Below are positions 31,143 to 41,430 of a stretch of 61,634 nt of DNA, one piece after another (position 1 is the first letter of the stretch; the number at the start of each line of letters is the position of its first letter). This stretch comes from Verrucomicrobiota bacterium (lineage in GTDB: Bacteria > Verrucomicrobiota > Verrucomicrobiia > Opitutales > Seribacteraceae), in assembly GCA_027622665.1 (NCBI GenBank), contig JAQBYT010000020.1, positions 1 through 61,634 on the forward strand, read 5' to 3'. The notes beneath the pieces are model-generated. The model was not told the origin of the DNA. It searched no databases and saw only the letters and a program-made list of their open reading frames with translations. Made by a program: the position numbers and the translations under genes.

Positions 31143-32108
31143 TCAAGCCCCTTGCGTTATTGATTCGGCAGCCTCCCATCCGGAAATTGCCGCACTCTCA
31201 ACTCTTTCCCCTGAAAAACCATCACCAGCTAGGCTCAAGTGCCTGTCCGGAGAATGGAAATGGCTCTCTCCAAAGGTAACTAAGGGCTTGGAAAAGTGCC
31301 ATCGATGAATGGCCCACTCCAAAATTTTCGCCTGCATTAGCCCTTCCACCACTGGAACCAAGGAGAGAATTCCATCATTATCGGGAACATTCCAGATTTC
31401 GTCAGAAAACTGGGATGAGGCATGAAGAGTAAAAGCTGGTTTTGGAGAAATGCCTTTGAGTTGATTATCGGCTATCCAGTCAATTTGGGGTGTAGGATGC
31501 GCAATCGTGCCTGGAATAGGAACGGACGACACACGATCAAGCAAACCAAACAGAGCAAAGCAACGAGTATATCGTATTTTCATCAACTTGCTCATCACTT
31601 TCGTTTCCAATTCGAAACTGCTCCGAGAAAAAAGCTCGAGCGTTTGGGGTACGGGAAGAGTAAGAACCAGATGGTCGGCGTTAAGGGACCTTCCGTTAGT
31701 TCCTTTCTCCTCGACCATCCAAGTTCCTCTTGACCATTTGATGAATTGCACAAAAAAGTTCTTCTCTATCTTTAAAGCACGCGAAAGATGTTTTGCAGGG
31801 GCCGTCATACCCCAAACCCCTCGAAATCTCGAACGACAAGCCAAATCGGGTCGATTCGGAACATGGTCGTACCACTCGACAACATGATCATCATCACGCC
31901 ATTCTTGAAGATATCCAAGTAAACGCTTATCCCGAAAAGTAAAGAATTGAGCTCCATGGTCTACTATTGCTCCATTCATTCGTCGCGTGGACATGCGCCC
32001 TCCAACTCCTCGCCCTTTTTCGACTACCATAACCTCATGGCCCATATCTGATAAACGACGAGCACAAATGCAGCCCGCTATTCCTGCCCCAACAACTATC
32101 ACTTTCAT
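31143..32108 (-). CDS. renalase-like NAD/FAD-dependent oxidoreductase
   Basis: VVGAGIAG, EKGRGVGGRMSTRR, DHGAQFFT, LAGD...VESAAISG. Confidence 0.9.
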   Translation of the reverse strand: MKVIVVGAGIAGCICARRLSDMGHEVMVVEKGRGVGGRMSTRRMNGAIVDHGAQFFTFRDKRLLGYLQEWRDDDHVVEWYDHVPNRPDLACRSRFRGVWGMTAPAKHLSRALKIEKNFFVQFIKWSRGTWMVEEKGTNGRSLNADHLVLTLPVPQTLELFSRSSFELETKVMSKLMKIRYTRCFALFGLLDRVSSVPIPGTIAHPTPQIDWIADNQLKGISPKPAFTLHASSQFSDEIWNVPDNDGILSLVPVVEGLMQAKILEWAIHRWHFSKPLVTFGESHFHSPDRHLSLAGDGFSGERVESAAISGWEAAESITQGA

Positions 32109-32199
32109 GAAGAGAATGATACCCTTGAAAAGGAAAATTTAAACTCACTTTTAAAAGATGAGTTTGGATAAAGGGACTTCTACGCTAAGTTGAAATTAA

Positions 32200-32907
32200 A
32201 TGAGGACGAAAATAAGACCTGCCGGAGAGCGTGGGAAATCAGATTCAGGGTGGCTGCATGCTCGCTTCACCTTTTCTTTTTCAGACTATCATGATCCCAA
32301 TCATTCGGGTTTTCGTTCCCTGAAGGTCATCAACAACGACTTAATTGAACCCAGCGGTGGTTTTGCCACTCACCCCCACAGAAACATGGAAATCTTCACC
32401 TATGTCATGAAGGGATCCTTAGAGCACAAGGACAGCATGGGCAACGGCTCAATCCTTTCGGAAGGACAGCTTCAGTATATGAGTGCAGGAAGTGGAGTCT
32501 ATCATAGTGAATTCAACCCATCGAAGGAAAAGCAGACGGAACTGTATCAAATTTGGTTGGAACCAAAACAAAACGGAGGCTCGCCACTGTACGAAGAAAA
32601 GGACTTGGACGCAGGAATCCTCCGTAACGATTTAAACATTTTATTTTCGGGTAATGGACGAAATGGCTCAACAGTTATTCACCAAGATGCGGAATTTTCA
32701 TTGGTACATCTTGACGCGGGGAAAACCCTTAAACTAAAACCCAATCCATTATTCCCTTTTGGTTGGATTCAAGTAGTTTCAGGAACGCTCCGTGCAGGAG
32801 AACAGCAATTATGCCGGGCTGATGGATTGGCAATCGAAGATTGGAATGAAAACATTGATCTTCAGGCACAAACAGATTCTGTTCTTTTCCTTTTTCATCT
32901 TCAATGA
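32200..32907 (+). CDS. pirin family protein (YhhW-like)
   Basis: GWLHARFTFSFSDY, F.THPHRNMEI, HKDSMGN, MSAGSGVYHSE. Confidence 0.93.
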   Translation: MRTKIRPAGERGKSDSGWLHARFTFSFSDYHDPNHSGFRSLKVINNDLIEPSGGFATHPHRNMEIFTYVMKGSLEHKDSMGNGSILSEGQLQYMSAGSGVYHSEFNPSKEKQTELYQIWLEPKQNGGSPLYEEKDLDAGILRNDLNILFSGNGRNGSTVIHQDAEFSLVHLDAGKTLKLKPNPLFPFGWIQVVSGTLRAGEQQLCRADGLAIEDWNENIDLQAQTDSVLFLFHLQ

Positions 32908-33533
32908 ATTCTCAACAAGTTGAACAAGGGGAGTTGTTTACGAATAATCCGATACCCGAGAATCTACCGAATGCTGACATTCAGTACATTTCTGATTTTT
33001 TTTCTAAAAAAAAATCGGATCAAATGCTCAAAACTTTGATTCAGAATATCAAATGGCGTCAAAATACGATTCAATTTTATGGAAAAAGAAGCTTAGTTCC
33101 ACGACTAGAGGCTTGGTACGGAGATGTAGGGAAAAGCTATTCTTATTCGGGCATTCAAATGAACCCCACACCGTGGAGCGAGGAACTTCTTGAAATCAAG
33201 CAAGCAATCGAAAAACATACCAAATCCCCATTCAACTCCGTTCTCATAAACTACTATCGCGATGGAAAGGACCGGGTAGCCTGGCACAGTGACGACGAAA
33301 AGGAATTAGGCAGGAATCCTGTAATCGGATCGATCAGTTTTGGCGCCGAAAGAAAGTTCAAGCTGAGGCACAAAGAATATCAAAGAAATGGCTGTAGGGT
33401 AGAAATGAAATTGGAGCACGGCAGTTTATTATTAATGAAAGGAGAAACTCAACATCATTGGGTGCACGAAATACCACGTACTGCTCTTGCCATCGCTCCT
33501 CGGATAAACCTAACGTTTAGGTCCATTCGATAA
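32904..33533 (+). CDS. AlkB-family 2OG-Fe(II) dioxygenase (ALKBH2/3-like)
   Basis: PRLEAWYG, FNSVLINYYRDGKD, WHSDDE, H..P, RINLTFR. Confidence 0.92.
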   Translation: MNSQQVEQGELFTNNPIPENLPNADIQYISDFFSKKKSDQMLKTLIQNIKWRQNTIQFYGKRSLVPRLEAWYGDVGKSYSYSGIQMNPTPWSEELLEIKQAIEKHTKSPFNSVLINYYRDGKDRVAWHSDDEKELGRNPVIGSISFGAERKFKLRHKEYQRNGCRVEMKLEHGSLLLMKGETQHHWVHEIPRTALAIAPRINLTFRSIR

Positions 33534-33609
33534 AGATTTTGAAATGCTCAAAGAAAGGAGTTATCCACATCAACCTAAGCAAGATTAACCTAAAGTTCTT
33601 AAATTTTGT

Positions 33610-33636
33610 TGAACCGCAACCCTAATTTGAACGATG
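33610..33636 (+). promoter_or_regulatory. putative ECF-sigma promoter, copy 2
   Basis: TGAACC-N15-ACGATG, then 8 nt to ATG 33645. Confidence 0.55.
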
Positions 33637-33644
33637 TAAATAGA

Positions 33645-34229
33645 ATGAAAAAGAGTATGAACACATTCACCGCATTTTTGGTATTCTCATCGTGCTTAAA
33701 TGCTTACGAACCCATGCAACAGAAAACGCCTGTCGGCGAAATCAAAATCCTGCGGCTGCCAGGAAGGGTAGCCTTAGAGACTCATTCCGAGGTATCATAT
33801 TTCCAGGCTGACAATGGACTCTTCCGCAACCTGTTTCGCTACATCAATGTAAACGACATTTCCATGACAACGCCAGTGGAAGCGGAAATAAACCCCGGCT
33901 CAATGAGATTCTTCGTTGGAAAAAAAGATCAGCTAAAAGCCATACAGTCTACATCCGCAGTCGAAGTAAAAAAAATCGATCCACTTGTCGTTCTGGCAAT
34001 AGGGATTAGAGGCGGTTATTCGGAGGATCGATTTCGCAAAAGCCAAAAACGCCTGCTTTCATGGATTAACAAGAATGGAAAATACGAAGCGGTATCCGAA
34101 GCCTATGCGGTGTATTGGAACGGGCCTTTCGTTCCAGGATTCTTCAAGCGTTCGGAAGTTCATTTGCCGATCAGAAAAAAGAAGATCGACAGACAAAAAC
34201 CTAATCTAAAAATTGAGACAACAAGATGA
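33645..34229 (+). CDS. SOUL family heme-binding protein
   Basis: FRNLFRYI, ISMTTPVE, M.FFV, YWNGPFVP.F.KRSEV. Confidence 0.82.
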   Translation: MKKSMNTFTAFLVFSSCLNAYEPMQQKTPVGEIKILRLPGRVALETHSEVSYFQADNGLFRNLFRYINVNDISMTTPVEAEINPGSMRFFVGKKDQLKAIQSTSAVEVKKIDPLVVLAIGIRGGYSEDRFRKSQKRLLSWINKNGKYEAVSEAYAVYWNGPFVPGFFKRSEVHLPIRKKKIDRQKPNLKIETTR

Positions 34230-34762
34230 GAGAATTCTTAATCCTTCTAGCTATGGCAATTACAACAAACATCACCGCCAAACCCGTCTATGAACACGGA
34301 CTCCTCGACATTGACGGAAGTGAGACTTCGCTACTAAAGCACAAGGGGAAAGTAATGCTTATTGTGAACGTAGCATCTAGATGTGGCTTCACGAGGCAAT
34401 ACAAAGGACTTGAGGAATTATATGAAAAGTACAAATCTAAAGGTTTTGTGGTATGCGGCTTTCCTTGCAACCAGTTTGGAAAACAAGAACCTGCCGATGA
34501 AAAAGAAATTAAAGAATTTTGCACTACCAAGTTCGGGGTCACCTTCCCCATGTTTTCTAAAATAGAGGTCAATGGAGCGACAAGACACCCGCTCTACGAG
34601 ACGCTAGTGGGCAAAGACTCCCCTACCAAAGGAAACGTCAAATGGAACTTCACAAAGATCTTAGTCGGAAGGGACGGCAAACCAATTGATAGATTTGGTT
34701 CGTTAACATCTCCGTCTTCAAGTAAACTCGGAAAAGCCATCGAAAAGGCTCTTGGAGAATAA
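34226..34762 (+). CDS. glutathione peroxidase (Cys type), exported
   Basis: LIVNVASRCGFT, GFPCNQFGKQEP, FPMFSKIEVNG, KWNFTK. Confidence 0.95.
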   Translation: MREFLILLAMAITTNITAKPVYEHGLLDIDGSETSLLKHKGKVMLIVNVASRCGFTRQYKGLEELYEKYKSKGFVVCGFPCNQFGKQEPADEKEIKEFCTTKFGVTFPMFSKIEVNGATRHPLYETLVGKDSPTKGNVKWNFTKILVGRDGKPIDRFGSLTSPSSSKLGKAIEKALGE

Positions 34763-34769
34763 TACATTC

Positions 34770-36116
34770 ATGAAACTTCTCACCCTAACTGCACCGGGAA
34801 CTTTGATCTGTATGGTGTTACTGTCGAGTTGCGTAAAAATCGAGTGGCGGGGCGGCATGACGCCTTCCTTCAAATGGAAAGGGAAAAAGGATAAAAGTAG
34901 GCTTGAGCTGCCCGCCCCCAAAGCGGATGAATTCCGCCTCAAGGATAATTCGACCACAGCCGACTGGCCTGACTTTCGAGGACCCGGCAGGCTCGGCATC
35001 GCCCCCGAACAAGGCGTAGACCTCAACTGGATGAAGGAACCTGCAACGGTATGGCGTAAGCACATCGGCCAAGGACATTCCTCCATTATCATTGTCGAAA
35101 ATCGCCTCTACACTCTAGAACAGCAAGGAGAATTCGAGGTTCTGTCCTGTTGCTCGTTGATGAATGGTTCAGTCATTTGGGAACACCGAACCAAGGACCG
35201 ATGGAGCGATTCCATGGGTGGACCAGGTCCTCGAAGCACCCCCGTCTTCTCAAAAGGGAAAGTTTTCTCACTGTCTTCGAGCGGTAAACTGGCTTGTCTC
35301 GATGCCGCCACGGGAGAACCCGGATGGGAGCAAGCCACCCTTGCCACCGACTACGAGTACCCGCACTGGGGAATCGCTGGCTCACCACTGGTGATTGACG
35401 ACCTGATCGTAGTATCCCTCGGCGGCAAGGCCGGTGCCGTCAAGGCTTATGACGCCGCGACGGGCGAACCCCGCTGGACCTCCGAACTGAAAGGTGCGGG
35501 CGTCTACCTGTCTCCCACGATGCTCGACCTGCTCGGGACAAAATACCTGACGGTGGCTGTGGAGGGGAAATTGGCGGGACTCGATCCAACCAACGGCAAG
35601 ACCCTGTGGGAGCATCCGTGGAAAATCTTCATGATCAATGCCCAAATTGTCCAACCCCTCCCATTATCGGAAGATGTCTTCCTGCTTTCCGCAGGTTACG
35701 GCAAGGGAGCCGAAGCCATTCGCTTGAAGAAGACCGAAAATGGTTTCGAAACGGAACAAATCTGGAAATCGAAGAACCTCAAAACCAAGTTCTCCAACCC
35801 GGTCCTCAAGGACGGCTATCTCTACGGCTTGAGCGAGAGTTCCCTCACCTGCCTCGACGCAAGTACGGGAGAGCTCCAGTGGCGAGGAAAGAAATACGGA
35901 TATGGTCGCGTTCTGCTTGCAACCGACAAGTTGCTAATCCTCGGAAACACGGGAACACTCGGCATCGTCGAGGCAAAGGCCGGCTCCTTCAATGAGATAG
36001 CTTCCCACCAAGTCCTAAAGAAGGAACGCTGCTGGAACGGGCCCGCTTTGGTCGGAGGCTACCTAGTGGTCCGCAACGGTAGCGAGATCGCCTGCTACGA
36101 TTTCGCCAAACGCTAG
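34770..36116 (+). CDS. PQQ-binding-like beta-propeller lipoprotein
   Basis: LSSC lipobox, DWPDFRGP, GPRSTP, LDA.TGE..W repeats. Confidence 0.87.
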   Translation: MKLLTLTAPGTLICMVLLSSCVKIEWRGGMTPSFKWKGKKDKSRLELPAPKADEFRLKDNSTTADWPDFRGPGRLGIAPEQGVDLNWMKEPATVWRKHIGQGHSSIIIVENRLYTLEQQGEFEVLSCCSLMNGSVIWEHRTKDRWSDSMGGPGPRSTPVFSKGKVFSLSSSGKLACLDAATGEPGWEQATLATDYEYPHWGIAGSPLVIDDLIVVSLGGKAGAVKAYDAATGEPRWTSELKGAGVYLSPTMLDLLGTKYLTVAVEGKLAGLDPTNGKTLWEHPWKIFMINAQIVQPLPLSEDVFLLSAGYGKGAEAIRLKKTENGFETEQIWKSKNLKTKFSNPVLKDGYLYGLSESSLTCLDASTGELQWRGKKYGYGRVLLATDKLLILGNTGTLGIVEAKAGSFNEIASHQVLKKERCWNGPALVGGYLVVRNGSEIACYDFAKR

Positions 36117-36119
36117 TTC

Positions 36120-37361
36120 CTAGCCAACCACGGGCAACTCTTTCCAGCTGGTCGTGTAACGAGGGGTGCGACTTTCCCGCTTCATACTCCATGACCGGTT
36201 TACGCCTTGAGCGGCGAGAAAGCCCGCGCTTGGTCCGTAGATGGCTACGACTTGCTCCATGGAGCGAACGAATTTCCTGCGATTTTCGCTGCCGTATTCT
36301 TCGAAGAGTAAACCTTGCATCCGCTTGCTTGAGACGAGATCGAGTAGGATAACCCCAGCCTTTTTGTAAGCGAAACCTTGACGGTAGATAGAACGCAACA
36401 GAATTTTGGCATTAGTGACGATACGGATGGGGTCGTCGGTCGGTTCGTCGAATGCCAAGGTTCGCGAGTTAGCGTACTGAGGCAGATTTTCGCTAAAGCG
36501 ATTGGTTGCAAGGAACACTTGTATACCAGAGGCAAGTGATCCTTCCTTGCGAACCTTACTCCCTGCCTTGACCGCGTAGTTCGCAACGGCTTCCTCCAAA
36601 TCTTCAAGTTTCGTCACAGGCGTTCCAAAGGAACGCGAAGAGCAAGTGTTTTTCTTTGGCTGGGGAACATCCTCCATACCGATGCAGCGAAGTCCTCCGA
36701 GCTCCCTCTGCGTACGTTCCAGAGTAACTCCGCCAACGGAGCGAATGGCCAAGGTCGGGGCTTCAATCAAACCAAGTGCATTGCGAACACCAATTCTACG
36801 GAGACGAACACCCAACCTTTGCCCTACTCCCCAGATATCCTCGACCTCCACTTTGGCAAGAGCCTCCAGATCTGTCTCTCGAATCTCGAGGCAGCCCACT
36901 CCATCCTTTTTAGAAAGACGATTGGCGAGCTTGGATAAAGTCTTGGTGGGACCCAAGCCAATCGATATCGGAATACCCGTCCAACGTCCAACGGTCTCGC
37001 AAATTCTTCGCGAAAGAACGAGCGGGCTTTTAACTCCGTCAAAGTTAAGAAAAGATTCGTCGATGGAATAAACCTCCATCTCCTGAGCAACGCGAGAGAG
37101 CACGGAAACGACTCGACGAGACATGTCGCCGTAGAGCTCATAGTTGGAAGACAGGACCGTCACGCCGTTACGTTCGCAAAGCTTCTTCACCTGATGGTAC
37201 GGAACTCCCATGGAAATCCCAAGTTCCTTTGCCTCGTTGGAACGGGCAACGGCGCAACCGTCGTTGTTGGATAGGACGATCACGGGGCGACCCTCCAGAG
37301 AAGGTCGAAAAACCCTTTCACAGGATACGTAGAAGTTGTTGCAGTCCGCCAGTGCGATCAC
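36120..37361 (-). CDS. umuC: Y-family error-prone DNA polymerase V subunit
   Basis: [40 protein letters not shown]-terminal W.MKR...TPRYTT. GTG start at 37361 overlaps the umuD stop. Confidence 0.93.
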   Translation of the reverse strand: MIALADCNNFYVSCERVFRPSLEGRPVIVLSNNDGCAVARSNEAKELGISMGVPYHQVKKLCERNGVTVLSSNYELYGDMSRRVVSVLSRVAQEMEVYSIDESFLNFDGVKSPLVLSRRICETVGRWTGIPISIGLGPTKTLSKLANRLSKKDGVGCLEIRETDLEALAKVEVEDIWGVGQRLGVRLRRIGVRNALGLIEAPTLAIRSVGGVTLERTQRELGGLRCIGMEDVPQPKKNTCSSRSFGTPVTKLEDLEEAVANYAVKAGSKVRKEGSLASGIQVFLATNRFSENLPQYANSRTLAFDEPTDDPIRIVTNAKILLRSIYRQGFAYKKAGVILLDLVSSKRMQGLLFEEYGSENRRKFVRSMEQVVAIYGPSAGFLAAQGVNRSWSMKRESRTPRYTTSWKELPVVG

Positions 37362-37873
37362 AGAGGATGAATCACATTTGTTACGACACCCCAAAGCCGA
37401 ACATCGTCCTCCTCATTAAGGATCAGCGCCCGATAGGCGGGATTCTCGGGGGCCAACCACACCTTGCCATTCCGGCGGACGTAACGCTTTACGGTCAATT
37501 CGCCATTGATGGAGGCGATAACCACTTTTCCGTCCGTTGCCTCGACACTGCGATCAACCACCAGAAGATCGCCGTCATGGATGCCCGCTCCAATCATTGA
37601 CTCGCCTTGAGCGCGAACAAAGAAGGTCGCAGCGGGTTCGCGCACCAAATGCTCGTTTAAGTCGAGGGCGGACTCAACGTAGTCATCGGCGGGCGAGGGA
37701 AAGCCTGCCGATACTCTACTAGCATAGAGTGGCAAGGCGTATTCTTTTTCACGAACGAAGCGAAGCACTCGATCCACTTGGCTCAAAGGAATCCGAACCG
37801 GGTGCGTAGCTTCTCCATACGCCCCGCCACCCATAGGTCTACCCGCTCCTTTTCGTTTTCCACCCCTGCCCAT
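37358..37873 (-). CDS. umuD: UmuD/S24 peptidase with N-terminal DNA-binding extension (UmuDAb-like)
   Basis: [11 protein letters not shown] cleavage site, GESM (Ser), TVK (Lys); N-terminal [10 protein letters not shown]...T.PVRIP extension. Confidence 0.9.
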   Translation of the reverse strand: MGRGGKRKGAGRPMGGGAYGEATHPVRIPLSQVDRVLRFVREKEYALPLYASRVSAGFPSPADDYVESALDLNEHLVREPAATFFVRAQGESMIGAGIHDGDLLVVDRSVEATDGKVVIASINGELTVKRYVRRNGKVWLAPENPAYRALILNEEDDVRLWGVVTNVIHPL

Positions 37874-37906
37874 ACCTTTTGAAATACGTAACGCAATTCA
37901 AAAGGT
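37874..37906. promoter_or_regulatory. inverted-repeat operator directly upstream of umuD
   Basis: ACCTTTTGAA-ATACGTAACGCAA-TTCAAAAGGT: perfect 10-bp arms abutting the umuD start codon. Confidence 0.7.
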
Positions 37907-37927
37907 CAAGCAACGCTGACCAAAACA

Positions 37928-37954
37928 TGATCCAGTACAACACCTTTTACGATA
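37928..37954 (+). promoter_or_regulatory. putative ECF-sigma promoter, copy 3
   Basis: TGATCC-N15-ACGATA, then 8 nt to ATG 37963. Confidence 0.6.
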
Positions 37955-37962
37955 TAATATAG

Positions 37963-38691
37963 ATGGAAACAAATAACACACTCCCTCGACCCTTCCATGT
38001 GATTGCAGGAGCCTCAAAAGGAATCGGCAGGGCTCTCGTTGAAAAAGCCGGGCAAGCAGGACATTCAGTCTACGCAATTTCTCGAAATGCTCCGAAATCA
38101 CCTTCCAAGTATGGACAATGGATCAAGGGAGATGTCACTCAGCCCCAAAGCTTCCTCGAGCAGCTGCCCTCGGTCATAAATTGTCTTACTTTCTGTCCAG
38201 GTACAGTCATCCTAGGACCGATAAAAAGACTGACTACTGAACAGATGATCGAGGCTTATCGGACAAACGTACTGGATGCATTTATATTGATCCAAAGCCT
38301 GCTGCCAAGACTTGGCAGAAATGAAAACGGATCCATTGCCTTCCTCTCCTCGGTGGCCGCGAGGTCAGGTCTGCCAAACCACTGTGCAATATCCACTGCG
38401 AAATCAGCGCTCGAAGGATTTGCCATTGCATTGGCTGCGGATCTAGCGCCAAACATTCGCGTAAACGTCGTCGCCCCAACCTTAACCCCCACCGAAATGG
38501 GTAAACGCATGGTGGGTGGAGAAACAGCGATCCGCATGATTGAAAACAAACATCCTTTGAAAAAACTGCCCGGGGTCGATGAAGTCGCCGCTACAATCAA
38601 TTTTTTACATTCTCCGGATGCTGCTTCGATAACCGGACAAATTCTAAAAGTCGATGCAGGACTCTCTAGCCTTCGTCTCAATGAGCACTGA
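37963..38691 (+). CDS. short-chain dehydrogenase/reductase
   Basis: IAGASKGIG, SSVAA, IRVNVVAP, ITGQILKVDAG; catalytic YxxxK replaced by ISTAK. Confidence 0.88.
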   Translation: METNNTLPRPFHVIAGASKGIGRALVEKAGQAGHSVYAISRNAPKSPSKYGQWIKGDVTQPQSFLEQLPSVINCLTFCPGTVILGPIKRLTTEQMIEAYRTNVLDAFILIQSLLPRLGRNENGSIAFLSSVAARSGLPNHCAISTAKSALEGFAIALAADLAPNIRVNVVAPTLTPTEMGKRMVGGETAIRMIENKHPLKKLPGVDEVAATINFLHSPDAASITGQILKVDAGLSSLRLNEH

Positions 38692-40144
38692 AAAAAGTCC
38701 TTCGAGGAAGTCACGGGCAATCGTTTGGTTTCGCAAAGACCTGCGAGTCAAAGATAACCCTGCCTTAGTCGCTGCCTACAATGCCAAGAAGGAAATTGTT
38801 CCGGTATTCATCTGGAACGAGAAAGAAGGTGGCCAATGGAGCCCGGGAGCGGCCTCAAGATGGTGGCTGCATCAATCACTCATAGATCTCGGTAAATCCA
38901 TAGACTCCAATAATGGGAAGCTGATTCTACGAAAAGGAATTGCCGAATACATTTTGCCCCTGATAGCCAAAGTGGTTGGAGCAGACACTGTATTTTTCAA
39001 CCGCAGTTATGATCCCGCAGGCCGACAAACGGAAATTTCGGTAAAGGATGCGCTTTCACGGAATGGAATTCAATGCGAGTCCTTCAATGGCTCCCTCCTC
39101 AACGAACCGTGGGAAATTAAAAATGGTTCGGGAAAACCCTACCAAATATTTACTCCATACTGGAAGCTTTCTCGATCCGGAATTCACAAGAAACCGACAT
39201 GCTATGAGCCATCTAAATTCACATTCTCCAAGGACAATTCTCCAACAGAATCATTGCATGAACTTGGATTATTGACCGAGCATCCTTGGCATGAAAAACT
39301 CCATTCTCATTGGATCGTTTCAGAAGACGAGGGTCATAAAATGATAAGTCGGACCACTCAAGAGGTAACTCGTCACTATTCGCATCGAAGAAACATCCCA
39401 TCGATCAACGGCACATCCAGATTATCGCCTTATCTTGCTTGGGGTAACATTAGCCCACGACAAATTTGCCAAGCCGTTCTACATTCCCATTCCAATGACG
39501 ATCCGACTTCAACAGATGGGAACCAATTCTTGGCCGAGATAGGTTGGAGAGAATTTTCCTATCATTTACTTTATCACTTTCCTCATTTACCTGAAAATCC
39601 GTTAAGACCGAAGTATGCTGAATTCCCTTGGAGAAAAGACGCACAGGCACTGTCCAACTGGCAATTGGGGAAAACAGGTTACCCATTAGTTGATGCGGGA
39701 ATGCGACAACTCTACGAAACGGGCTGGATGCACAACCGTGTTCGCATGGTCGTAGCCTCCTTTCTCGTAAAGCACCTTCTCATGTCTTGGACTGAAGGTA
39801 CCAAATGGTTCTGGGACACTCTCGTCGACGCAGACTTAGCCAGCAATACTCAAGGATGGCAATGGGCAGCAGGGTGCGGAGCCGATGCCGCCCCTTACTT
39901 TAGAATCTTCAATCCGATTCTTCAGGGCGAAAAGTTCGACACCTCGGGCAAGTATGCTCGAAGGTGGATTGAGCCATTGAAGGAATTACCGTCCAAATGG
40001 CTCTTCAAACCTTGGGAAGCCCCAACCATTGTTCTTTCTCAAAGCAATGTGACATTGGGACAAAACTACCCACAACCATGCGTTGACCACCCTCAAGCTC
40101 GCGCAAGGGCTTTGGAGGCATTGGCGACCTTGCCCAAGAACTGA
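38681..40144 (+). CDS. phr: deoxyribodipyrimidine photolyase (class I/III CPD photolyase)
   Basis: WFRKDLRVKDNPAL, TSRLSPYL, EIGWREF, TGYPLVDAGMRQL, WMHNRVRM, DAD.ASN..GWQW, YFRIFNP. Confidence 0.95.
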   Translation: MSTEKSPSRKSRAIVWFRKDLRVKDNPALVAAYNAKKEIVPVFIWNEKEGGQWSPGAASRWWLHQSLIDLGKSIDSNNGKLILRKGIAEYILPLIAKVVGADTVFFNRSYDPAGRQTEISVKDALSRNGIQCESFNGSLLNEPWEIKNGSGKPYQIFTPYWKLSRSGIHKKPTCYEPSKFTFSKDNSPTESLHELGLLTEHPWHEKLHSHWIVSEDEGHKMISRTTQEVTRHYSHRRNIPSINGTSRLSPYLAWGNISPRQICQAVLHSHSNDDPTSTDGNQFLAEIGWREFSYHLLYHFPHLPENPLRPKYAEFPWRKDAQALSNWQLGKTGYPLVDAGMRQLYETGWMHNRVRMVVASFLVKHLLMSWTEGTKWFWDTLVDADLASNTQGWQWAAGCGADAAPYFRIFNPILQGEKFDTSGKYARRWIEPLKELPSKWLFKPWEAPTIVLSQSNVTLGQNYPQPCVDHPQARARALEALATLPKN

Positions 40145-40443
40145 AAAACAATGGCTTCCCCCTCTTTGCTCGGTAGGTTCTTCGTTATTCTTAGGGACAA
40201 ATTGGATTAAGATCGTTTTCGCCCTGACGACTTTGATTTCAGCTCAAATCTTTGGGTTCGCGAAATCTTCAGTGGTCAAATTTAGTAATAGCTCTCCAAG
40301 AAGTCTACCAAAACAGCCCAGCTTTAATTAGCGTACTTTCTACATCTGTCTGCAAGTAACAAGAAAATGGCAGATTCACTCTAGCAGACAGTAATTCGAC
40401 TCGTCAGTCGAAGAGAGACCTTCAGTGATTATTAAGAAAAAAA

Positions 40444-40470
40444 TGATCCGGGTTATGGTAGAAATCGATC
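40444..40470 (+). promoter_or_regulatory. putative ECF-sigma promoter, copy 4
   Basis: TGATCC-N15-TCGATC, then 8 nt to ATG 40479. Confidence 0.6.
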
Positions 40471-40478
40471 TGTATTAT

Positions 40479-41426
40479 ATGAAGTGTTTTTCAGAAGAAG
40501 AAATGTCAGCCGATAAAGTCCGAACCAAAGATCCAATTGGTGGATTCATGACCGTCCGCTCTCGTGTTGCCCCTCCTACAAAAGAGGAGTGTGCGAAGTT
40601 GTTCGAGGAAATGAAAAACGGATCCGAAGACGCTAGAAACGAACTAATAGAAAGGCACCTGAGGTTAGTTGCTTCTTTAGCTTTAAAATTCAAAAATTCA
40701 AAGATGCCCGTTGAGGATTTAATGGCCGAGGGGATATTAGGCTTGATTATAGCCATAGATAAATTTGATCATACCAGAGGTCTCAAGTTGGGTACCTATG
40801 CGGCATGGTGGATCAGGCAGAGGATACAAAGGTACATCAGCAAATTGCAGGGGGCAGTATCTGTGCCCCATGATGTATTTCAGGAAAAGAGAAGAGAAAA
40901 GGCAATCGAGACACAGCTTCAAGCAAATCTGGGACGCGAACCGACCGAAAAAGAAATCAATGAAAATATTGGGAACGAGAGAAACCTAGCCAACAGAGTT
41001 AAAATGGCTCCCGTATGTTCCACATCGATCGATAAAACTATTAATGATTCCGAATTAACACTCGCGGATCTACTTGTTTACAAAGATGACGAAACTTCCT
41101 CCTACAGAGACAGTGGATCTCTTCCCGACGACATAAACGTAGCTGTCGACTTTCTCGATGTACGAGAGAAAAAAGTCATCTCCATGAGATTTGGATTGGG
41201 CAACCATTTACCAATGAAACTGGAAGAGATTGCTCTAAAAATGAAAGTGTCAGCTGAAAGGATCAGGCAAATTGAAGCTAGAAGTGTAAGAAAGCTAAGG
41301 GCTATTATTTTGCGTAACGGCAAGTTGGATTTCAGGAAACTTGATCAATTCGTAAATCTAGGAATATGCGGTAAAAACAGCATGAGTCCATTAGAACTGA
41401 CGCTAGCCCTTAGAGCAGCTGCCTAA
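40479..41426 (+). CDS. alternative sigma-70 factor (non-ECF, RpoD/RpoS/RpoH-like)
   Basis: ARNELIERHLRLVAS, DLMAEG.LGL..AIDKFD, TYAAWWIRQ, LGREPT, RFGL...LEEIA...ERIRQIE; lacks region 1.1. Start placed at 40479 on the promoter motif. Confidence 0.88.
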   Translation: MKCFSEEEMSADKVRTKDPIGGFMTVRSRVAPPTKEECAKLFEEMKNGSEDARNELIERHLRLVASLALKFKNSKMPVEDLMAEGILGLIIAIDKFDHTRGLKLGTYAAWWIRQRIQRYISKLQGAVSVPHDVFQEKRREKAIETQLQANLGREPTEKEINENIGNERNLANRVKMAPVCSTSIDKTINDSELTLADLLVYKDDETSSYRDSGSLPDDINVAVDFLDVREKKVISMRFGLGNHLPMKLEEIALKMKVSAERIRQIEARSVRKLRAIILRNGKLDFRKLDQFVNLGICGKNSMSPLELTLALRAAA

Positions 41427-41430
41427 TATA

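Noticed and set aside
34370..34395. Selenocysteine in glutathione peroxidase
   Set aside because: The active-site codon is TGT (Cys) in an uninterrupted ORF.
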